The notes beneath the pieces are model-generated. The model saw only the letters and a list, made by a program, of their open reading frames with translations, ran no database searches and was not told where the DNA came from. This document shows positions 10,966 through 20,718 of a stretch of 64,000 nucleotides of DNA, in pieces. The stretch's first letter is position 1. Every line of letters begins with the position of its first letter. A program made the translations under genes and the position numbers. Origin of the DNA: Tubulanus polymorphus (Eukaryota; Animalia; Nemertea); NCBI RefSeq assembly GCF_964204645.1, contig NC_134030.1, positions 16,306,110 to 16,370,109 on the forward strand, given 5' to 3'.

Positions 10966-11698
10966 TTATTCTCTACATCTTATAACTAATTCATATATCA
11001 CAGGAAAATTATTTAAATCAATTAAATATCCATTATGATTTCTAATTTCTAATCTGAAATTATTAAAATGAGGAATGCATGGTTTGAAATCACATTCTGT
11101 TAAATTATAATTTATTTGAGTTCCAAATTGTTTAACATTTCTTAGCGGTAAAATATTTAGTATACTAGAACTACAAATTGTTTCTTTAGTTGCTTCGAAG
11201 GTTTTTGTAGGATCGATTAAATTGCAATGAATATAAAAGTGTGTAAAAGGTATTATATTTGAGATGCCTTCTGCGTTTCCGGTAACTGTAAGCGGTTTAA
11301 TTCCTAACATTTTAGCCATTGGTTTGTTTACCATAAATTTATGTTGTTCATTAGATATCTTTATTCTTATTTTATTAGTACTATCAATTTTATTAAATTT
11401 AATTTCAAATACAGAAGTGCCCCCGATTTTCAACCGAGCTCTTCTATTAATTTCCTGCGCTAATGATTCTAAATTATATAATTCTAAATTATATATTTCT
11501 CATATAAATCATAAACCCTCTATGTTCAAAAGTTTTATCCGATATATCATAAAAAGAATTACATAAACTTACATTTACTAATTTTAAATCAACACAATTC
11601 TTAAATTCTCTATCTAATTGTACTAGTAAATTATGTCATTTATAATTTGTAAGTCTTCTTGAATCAACAAATATTCTATATTCTTTTAATTCTACCAT
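10966..11698 (-). pseudogene. Probable single jelly-roll minor capsid (penton) protein
   Basis: N-terminus IFVDSR..VQLDREFKN..LKL..NSFYDI and C-terminus HFYIHCNLI..SILNILPL..FRLEIRNHNGYLIDLNNFPVIYELVI resemble Polinton penton motifs. Stop and frameshift in the 5' third. Confidence 0.72.
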
Positions 11699-11712
11699 TT
11701 ATTTTACATATT

Positions 11713-12066
11713 TTATTCAAAATCTATTTCATGGTGCCCTTTTTCATTCTTACCTTTATATATGAAATAGAAATCACCTGAACATAATTCTTCTAAATCT
11801 TCACTTGATAATCTATGAAATCTATCTGGTAAATATGTTCTGAATTTATATGTACTTCCTTTTAATCCTTCACATTCTAAGTGGATAACTAATTTATCTC
11901 CATATTTGTTAGTAACTGTATCAATATTTGTAATTAGATATTTATTATGAATTGTTAATTCTGTTAACTTTTTGAATTTATAATCTACAGATTTTACATT
12001 TGTGATATCTTTAATTCTATCTAGAAATGATTTGTTGTTCTCAGTGTGTACTTGTTTACTCTCCAT
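11713..12066 (-). CDS. Putative OB-fold ssDNA-binding-like protein (117 aa)
   Basis: Intact ORF; pattern KKLTEL..KYLI....TNKYGDKLVIHL...YLPDRF...FIYKG suggests a small beta-barrel. Fold assignment is inference. Confidence 0.5.
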   Translation of the reverse strand: MESKQVHTENNKSFLDRIKDITNVKSVDYKFKKLTELTIHNKYLITNIDTVTNKYGDKLVIHLECEGLKGSTYKFRTYLPDRFHRLSSEDLEELCSGDFYFIYKGKNEKGHHEIDFE

Positions 12067-12127
12067 TTTAATATCAAATTTTTTATTAAAACTGATTTTA
12101 GAATTCTAGATTAATATTTTAAGAGTT

Positions 12128-12265
12128 ATAGGGAATATGTTGTTCTAGATTAAAGGTTGAGAGGTTGAGTGAGTAGAAAAATAAATTCGAGTGTGCGAGA
12201 ATTTATTTTTCATTTTTTACTCACTCGACCTTTCGACCTTTGATCTAGAACAACATATTCCCTAT
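12128..12265. repeat. Long inverted repeat near the right end of the Polinton-like element
   Basis: 48-bp outer stem (12128-12175/12218-12265, 4 mismatches) plus a perfect 13-bp inner stem. Confidence 0.9.
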
Positions 12266-15200
12266 TACTAGCATGATTATGAATGACAAGTTTTATAAAA
12301 GTACTAAGTAAGATATGTGATTATGAAATAATCGATTATCATATGAAAATTAAGAATTAGAAACTAAAATATGATTATGAATTAATTATAATAACGGTTT
12401 CGTATTTTAGTGATTAAGATAAGCAATAATAATACGTATTATTCTAGGTACAAATATGAATATTTACATAACACAAGCGTTTAGATTGGTTATATAGATA
12501 TACGCTTTAATCAATTACACGTAGTTAAGTTTTAGTTAATTGAAAGCTAATATAAAGTTTGAGTTTAGAATTTAAGATCTAATATAAATCGTATAATAGG
12601 CCTAAAGACTCTAAAAATATAACAGAATCTGAATATGGCTTACCTGAAATTCGATTGACGACAAACCAATTATGAATTTGATGTCTGTATTTGACGAGAG
12701 CATGAGTAGTCCGAATGACCAAGCCAGGCCTGAGCTGGACATCTTTGACTCAAGCTCCACCGCAAACAAGTTCGGGGTCAGGGCACATATCATTGGTCAT
12801 CATATCATTAGCCATCAGACTCAAAAATCTGACAGGAGACCTAAGTAAATAACACTAAACAAACTGTGAGCCTCGGGTTAATCATTAATTGACTCCGAAG
12901 TTAAGTTTGGCTAATTCTAAGATTTTAGAGACGAATGGCATGCAAACATCCTGTCACTCGTAACAAAGGGTTGCCTACCATATTGCATAAAGATGATAAT
13001 AGAAAGTGAATAAAACTATATTTGGAGAAAAAAAAATGAATATGACATATGTAATCTTTCTTTTTAATCTTTTCTTTCTTTTAAAATTTTGTAGTGTATT
13101 TCCATATCCATTATGACACTGTTTCGATAAAGATGAATTTTGAAAAAGCAGCGCACCATTCTGCACCCTTCTGCGTAAAGACTTTCGTCCGCGAAAGTTT
13201 ATCAAAAATCACAAGTGAAAATTATACAGTGTACGAAATACATAAAACAATAAAACACTGCAAGACTCCGAAAAAGAACGAAGCAGAGACCAGGCAGTAT
13301 ATACGTACACGAAATAAATCGCTGCAGACAGCCGAATGACAAAAAAGAGAATCTTAATAATACATTACACAATTTGATAAGTGCTATATATTGCACGAGA
13401 AAAACAACCGTAAAGGTGACTGTCATAATTGGAATGTCCATGATATCAGTTGCGTTGGATCCACGATTCAGTTATACAATTTCATGTTCTGTCTCATTGC
13501 TTGAGGTAGAAGCAATGCTTGAGTTGACCCACATTTTTTTATGAATTTTAAACGTCGAGGTGTCGTGGGCAGTACAATAGCTCTATCCTGGTGGTAAAAA
13601 GTAAAGCCTGCCTAAAAAGTCACTGGAGAATAAAGAATTCGTCTGATCGAGCGATCTTATGAATTGGAATAAGAAATTTGCTAAGGTATCGACGAGGATT
13701 TGTCGTTCAGAGTGGTAATCACATAAAATTCGTCCAGTCCGTCACTAGATAGGGACGCAGTCAACCTGCAACCAAAATGTCACCAAACTGGGGTAAGACA
13801 ACATTCACCACAATGGACTGCTGCGATGACAGTCCTGAAACTTTGGCAAATTCGATGGTTTTGGTTGTGGATATTCAAAACTGTGGAGCCAATACTCTTC
13901 GCCTTGGCTAATGTCTCCACTTTCACTCAGCACAAATCCACAACTAATAGGCTGCTCGAAGACCCCAAATCCCATTGTCACATAAAGAGCAGGAACCAGA
14001 ACATCAGTTGGTAACTTGGGAAAGATAAGACAAAAAATCGGGATCAGGAAGCGAAAAAATGGATGATCAGACCAAATAGCAGTGAGCCACAGAAACCGAA
14101 AGTCAATCTCATCAGAATGGCAACCGAAAGAAACAGGTATGAGTTCATAGCGTTATGATGAGGGGTAAGAGCGCTGTCTAACAGAAACCTAAAATAGCGA
14201 TATCTTTCATATTTTCTTCGACCTTTTTGGGCACAAAACTTGCAGGAAACTTGCAGGAAATATCTTTTACCTGTGATTTCAGCTATCACAAGTTAGAACG
14301 AAATAGAAAGACTTGCCGGTACAACACGACGTTTCGGTGCGATAATGAATTAAATTTAGCCTAACATTAGGCTAACTAGCTTTTCTGGTTGTTTGAAACT
14401 GTCATTATGTTGATGAATCATCCTAACGATGATTTAGGCGAGTTCTTTGCGCTGATTTTGGTTCTATGGCATTCTATGGCATTGCATTTAGGTTCTTAGA
14501 ACTTCACGGGGTGTTGTTAAAACCCTTGATTCACTTTACATTTGGGATACAAAATCCATTAATTACGATAACAGTTCACTTACCAACATATTTCTGATAC
14601 CGTGCGATGATTTTAATGATTGAAAATTGGACCAGGTGACAATCAAAATTGCATTGTCACCATGTCCGTAGGCCTACGGTATTTAAATCGTTTAATTCGG
14701 ATCGGTTATGTAAACTCCGGATTTTCACATATTTCGGACTAAAATTCATGTCCCTTGACTAGGTAATTATTTATGTTCAAATGAGAACACGATATTCACA
14801 TCTCGTTCAATTGCGAGATTTCGGCCGATCCTCAGCTCGCTGGTGAATTTTCGATCAACCTTAGAGCAAGCCTACACATATAACTGTTGTATTAATAAAT
14901 CAATACATTTTATCTAAATTATTCAGTTGTTGTTTATTTAGGCCTATATATTTTTGCTATATTTTTTAGTCCTTATGAATCCGTAAATCAACATTATGAG
15001 TTTTCCGGTTTGCTCGGCTACCCGTACTGGCGGGGTAGTCTAGATAGGCAAATGAAAGCTCCGGTTTGCTGAACTACCCCTCTTTGCGGGGATGCGGTAT
15101 GATGTTTGATCTGACAGTTTCAAGTGGTTAATGGGTGTTTCAAGTGCTTACAACGATGCTTATTACTTAATGTGGTACATGGTGGTTTAAAAAAAGATTT

Positions 15201-15547
15201 CATAATAATACGCTCAAAGTATAGACCTACCGCGTGGGCTTCGTAGAAAGACCACTGCCTGTGGCCTTCCCAAATTTTAATTGTTCTGTCCGATTTGGTT
15301 TCGTCCAATCGAAAGACTGCCTTAGGTTAGGGCATTTTTGGATCACATCACTCAGGAAATGACTTACGCTTTTGGGCCCTTTCGTCGGTCCCACGTGTTT
15401 CATTTGAGCTATAGACCACAATGGTGACACCATGATGGTCAGAAACTGACCAATTGAGATATTCCCGAGTCTGAACACCTGACTGCGAATTTCGGAAATT
15501 TATCAAGTCATGTTTGTTTTCAAACTACCGAGGTATCATCATTGCAA

Positions 15548-15935
15548 ATTCATAAATTGACCATCACTGACCACCACTGACCAATTCAAACTTCTCGAAT
15601 ATGAGTTCGATATACCGCGTTATGGCGTCAAACTAGAAATGATTCGCCATAAATGTTGAGAATTCATAAATTGACCATCACTGACCACCACTGACCAATT
15701 CAAACTTCTCGAATATGAGAACGATATACCGCGTTATGGTGTCAAACTAGAAAGGATTCGCCATTGAAAATTCATGAATTGACCATCACTGACCACCACT
15801 GACCAATTGAAACTTCTCGAATGTAAGAAAGATATACCGGTACCGCATTTGGTGTGAAACTAGAAAGCATTCCCCATTAGAATTCATAAATTGACCATCA
15901 CTGACCACCACTGCCCAAGTGGAACTTCTCGAATA
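15548..15935 (+). repeat. Tandem array of ~110-bp units (about 3.5 copies)
   Basis: AATTCATAAATTGACCATCACTGACCACCACTG-type unit starts at ~15548, 15661, 15770 and 15881. Confidence 0.9.
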
Positions 15936-18474
15936 TCGTCGAATTCGAAAGTGGTTGTCGTCGTATTGTTATTTCTAGAGACCAGCAGTATGTTTTGCTA
16001 CTGTTTCTGAATGGCGTTGACATGATGGAAATATATTACTCCTAAATAGGTTACACATCTGGATCACAGCACCTCACTTGCCGCAGTGCGTTATTTTGAC
16101 TGCATAGTAATGCTAATACATAACCTTTTTTACTACTTGACTCAAAGCTTGACGCGAATCATCTGAACAGTACTGCGTTTGAAAACGAATAGAAAATGTT
16201 TGCGAGAAGCACCTGCAAATAAGTTATGATAAGATTAAATCTATGGTTAATCGATGCTTAAAAAAACAATTAAATCACAGGCAAGATGACTAACAACCGT
16301 CTTTCAACCAATCAGCACGATGCCAATTAATTAAATCATTAAACGCATTAGGCTCCTAATATTTGTAATCATTTGTCGTGCTTTAAACTTGGCCACTTTT
16401 GTTTCAGAAAACTGCGTACTAGACCAGTGGTCACCAAGGCATTAAAAAAGTTTTGAAAATTCGATGGTAACGATTTGTCCGTCAAAAAACTGTTTAGTTA
16501 ATATTTCAAGTTTTTTTAAACTCTTGTACAGAATTCACTATATGAAAAGTATTCATAGGAATTGAAATTCGGTGTGATATCAGTCACCTGTTACCCCTTT
16601 TTCATTGTCAGTTCTTTATTGCACTATCATGCGCTCTTCTAAAATAGAAAAGAACATGTGTTTCGTTATAAACAAGGTTAAATTCCAAACGCACATGAAA
16701 TATCACACAATATACACATCTAGCATTTTCTCTAACTAGGCCCTTTCCAAATGGCAATTGTTTAGTTTTTTAACGGCCGACATTCAGAGGTACCTAAAAA
16801 CCAGTGGTAGCGCTTGAGATTTTCAGTGTAGGCCACATCTCACATCGACTCAGCTCGCAGTCGGTTCGTTTAATGGGAACACATCTGGTTGACACTAGTT
16901 TCACAGTTGACGAAATCAGAAAACTTTTTTCAAATGCCTTTGATAACATCTTAAACATAGTATTCTTCTTAATTACATTTCGTTGATTCCATAGATATGT
17001 TTTTATGAAAATTGCTCCAGTTATAACGGATTCAAACATACATGTGAAATCATTATTTTCAAAATATTCAATTTTCTCCGCTTTTGAAGAAATTCTGACA
17101 CAATATCATCTCCACTCGACACCTGATTTTACTTTGGCACCTTTATGGGAGTGTCCCTTAAAGTTGAGTTCTTACTTAGTCAAACAAGGAGATATGCCTG
17201 ATTCCTTTTTAAAATTTAGATTTCGACAGATATCATCAAATTACTAGAAAGGGACAGCAGTGTTCGGTCATCCACGAAAAATACCTAAAATGCAGTCCTA
17301 GGGTTATGGAAAAACAGGACACGAAACATACAGAAAGATCCTTTGTTTGGTTGACTGAAATTATTATTGAACTCTTAAATAGCGACATTTAGAGAAACAA
17401 AAACATAAGAATATAATCTCGCCCACCCGTTAAAAATCATAACGTAATGATATGAGGCCATGTGTCATCTTTAATTGAAATCACATTATATTCATTCTCA
17501 TGCGAGGATGGGTCTCCAAATTCATAGGATAAGGAGAATAATGGGTTTGAATGATGAATACAACTGATAAAGCGCCAATTTCACTGATTCTTGCATATAA
17601 TGCTCAAAGGCGCTTTACAGTAATCGAGTAAACAGGTGCGTTTTTAGGAGTCTTTTGAATTTGAATTCAAATCGGGTGTTCATGACGACTATAATTGAGC
17701 ATTCTAGGGCTGGAGCAAGAAACGTGTGGGATCGTCCGCCAAGGTATCGCTAAGGAGTCAGTCCGTGTCGGCTTTTGAAAGCGACGACCGCATATGAATG
17801 CATTGATTGAATGACATCTTAAAAGTCAGATTATATAAAATTAAACATGATATACGGATAGGTTCTTCCAATTAGGCCTATACTGGTAAAAATGAAATGA
17901 CCCAATATGTGATATAAATGTTCAATCAAAAAGTAGAAAGTGAATCCGTAATTCAGTATGGTAGGCCTATTGTTACGACATCAAACACTCAAATTCAATC
18001 CTTTGTTGAATTGGTAGCCAGTGTAGATGAGCAAGTATCGTGGTCCCTGATTTTAGTTATCGTAATAATTCAAGCCACGCGATGTTGAACTGTTCAACAA
18101 GTTGGAGTTTGTGTAAAGATGAATGAGTTTGAAATGGAGTGGACTTCAGATATTACTGTTTGCATGCCTATGTCTATTATTTAATCTTTTTACTAATCAT
18201 AGAAAATTGTGGTAAAATATTTGACTCGACGGTTGGTTTTAGATTGTATCTCTCCAAGCCAGAGGTAATCACGGATATCGGACTACAAAAAAATTCCTTG
18301 TGTAAAGCTCAACTTCGTAAATTCCTGGAAAAGCTCGCCTCGGATATTTCAATAATGATTAAACATTAATTTTCCCAACGAAAAACCTAAACAACCAATG
18401 TACGCTTGCTTTAAGTTTACCAATGCACTATCGTTGCTTTTTCTAGCTATTTGTACTGTTTGCCGCAAAAAGAT

Positions 18475-18839
18475 TGTAGTTTATGTTTGTATTATGGTCA
18501 TATTTCTGGCAGTTCTACTGCTCATGATCAACCTAGTGTGTAAGTTACTCATGTGTGAAATTGTATAAAGTCTGGTGATCTGGTGATCTGTGGGTATTGA
18601 ATTTTTATATTTGTGTGTACTGACGTTGTGGCTGCTACATGATTTAATACTCTTAAATGTTCTGTAAGTTATTTGTTATTAGCCGAATTTCTTGTTATTA
18701 TTATAATATTTGTGTGTTAATTTAGTTGTTGTTTCTTGTTTAGAAACGGCTTCGATGGTAATGATGATAATAAATGTAAGACGTCAGTTTGACATTGAGA
18801 GATCTGCGACTTCGTAAATTTTCGTGTTTGGAGTCTACA
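18475..18839 (+). repeat. 5' LTR of BEL/Pao element (365 bp)
   Basis: TG...CA ends; direct repeat of 24440-24571 plus 25759-25988. Confidence 0.95.
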
Positions 18840-18866
18840 TTGGTTTAGAACAATTGTAAGAAGAAG

Positions 18867-20625
18867 ATGTCTGTCGACGGAAAGAGTAAGCCACACGGCG
18901 ATGATTTAGAAACATTGAAACGATCCAGAGCTGGATATAAAGCCGCGCTCACTAAGAAAAGAAATGAGTTAAGGGATATGTTAAAGAAGAATCTCTCCAG
19001 CTGATGAAGTGAACGCTGCTTTGTTAAGAATTGATGAAGCCTGGAAAAAATTCGAAAATGCCCACCAAGTCGTGCATGACTCACTGTTAGATGATGAAGA
19101 AATCGAAGCGTCATTTGTTTGTTTCGATACGAAAGAAAATCTCACATGTAATTTGCGTTTAAAAACAAATCAATATCTAATGGTCAAAGCACCTAGTTTT
19201 ACGCCGAAAGCACAGGCATCGCAGCCGTCTAGCCCGGACAATTCATTAAGCAGAAATCCACAGAGTTCCGGTACTGATCCTGGACTGCAGTTGATGATAG
19301 AAAATATGGTTCGTATGTCGCTGCCCAAACCAGAAATGCCTATTTTCTCTGGCGATGTCACGGAGTACTGTTACTTTATCCGCGCTTTCGAAAATCTGAT
19401 AGAAGCGAAAACTGTAAACAATAGCGAGCGATTGTATTTCCTTACCCAATATACAAAGGGAGATGCACACGAGTTAGTAAAAAGCTGTTTACCCAAAGAT
19501 CCAGCCGTGGGTTATCCAGAAGCCAGGCAACTTTTGCTGACACGTTATGGTGATAGTTATCGAATCGCAACTACGTTAGTTGATCGCGTAATCAACGGCC
19601 CGCTTATCAAATCGGAAGATGGAGAGTCATTGTTGAAATTTTCTGTAGCCTTGACAAGTTGTAAAAATACGTTGGAACAAATTGGATACTTGAGCAAAAT
19701 AGAGAATCCAGATAATCTGAGAAAGCTAATTGGTCGTTTACCATTTGAAATTAGAAAAAAATGGCGCGTAAAGGCAGACTATATTACGCAGTTCGAATTT
19801 CGAGAAATAACTCTCGCTGATATAAGCAAATTCGTAGAAAATGAAGCACGAATCATTAATCATCCAGTTTTCGGCAATATCACTGATGGTCAAAAAAGGT
19901 CGCAGCAAAATAAATTCGCAAAATCGTTTTACAGCAGATCGAGTGATGTCAAGCGCGAGGACAATACATTTTCACCACAGGGATTAGGCCACAAATCTTG
20001 TAGTATATGTCAGGCCGAACATGCGTTGACCGATTGTGCAGTCTTCAAAGCCAAATCGTATGAAGAGCGACGCAATTTCGTCAGAGACAAAGGTTTGTGC
20101 TTTAACTGTTTAATCCCTCGTCATCGAGCCAGGAATTGTTGGACGGCAACACAGTGCGCAATCTGCCGTGACGGAAAGCATTCAACATTGTTATATATTA
20201 ATAAATTCGACAATGGTGGTGACCGCGGTAGTAGCTCATCGGACAATACAAAGTCACAAGTGCATAATGCCTTTATAAGAGAATCGGAGAAATTGGTTGG
20301 TCTTCCTATTGTTCCGGTGAAATTGAGATCTAATGAGAATGACGTCGTTCTTACTTATGCGCTTTTGGATACGGGTTCGAATTCGACGTTTTGTACTGAA
20401 GATTTGATGTATCGTCTTGGCGTTGGAACCAGAAAAACTCGACTTTCTTTGACGACTATGGAACGAGAAAAAATTCCGATTGATTGTCATGTATTAAGCT
20501 TTGAAGTTTACGATTTGAACGAGACGTATATGATAGAGCTAACGAATGTGTACTCTCGCCCATACCTACCTGTATCGAAAGATGATATTCCTCGTCAAGA
20601 AGATGTTGAGGATGGCGACACATGA
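18867..20625 (+). pseudogene. BEL/Pao gag (DUF1759-like, CCHC knuckles) and aspartic protease
   Basis: FSGD..Y..F..AF, LYFL.QYTKG, CSIC..H..C, CFNCL..H..C, CAIC..H and ALLDTGS. Frameshift near 19000 after the ATG at 18867. Confidence 0.92.
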
Positions 20626-20718
20626 ATGGTATTGTACTACCCCAGATTGACGCGGAAATTGGCCTTTTAATCGGGAATGACAACAGCGTAGCATTGGAAC
20701 CATCTGAAATAAGAAGAA

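Larger units (their letters stand above)
778..12600. mobile_element. Polinton/Maverick-like endogenous virus (degenerate; no pPolB seen; right end undefined)
   Basis: Starts with AGTAGT (778-783), the typical Maverick terminus. Very AT-rich block of densely packed, intronless ORFs including integrase, packaging ATPase and capsid-like genes. Right boundary inferred only from the compositional shift near 12.6 kb. Confidence 0.85.

Noticed and set aside
1000-11000. Poxvirus early termination signals TTTTTNT
   Set aside because: Too common by chance in such AT-rich sequence to be informative without statistics.
4733-11566. Plus-strand ORFs overlapping the minus-strand viral genes (e.g. 4733-5260, 5513-5779, 6288-6605, 7113-7439, 11264-11566)
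   Set aside because: Antisense shadows with I/F/Y-biased low-complexity translations and no motifs.
12300-12610. Right TIR of the Polinton-like element
   Set aside because: Only short AT-rich matches to the reverse complement of the left end (TATGTGATT, TAGTTAAGTT), in the wrong order, and no ACTACT terminus.
15548-15935. CRISPR-like array
   Set aside because: Whole units are similar with no unique spacers, no cas genes, and the context is eukaryotic; it is a minisatellite.
16700-17250. Degraded I/Nimb-type LINE fragment
   Set aside because: Only vague resemblance to the region before RNase H; no catalytic motifs visible.
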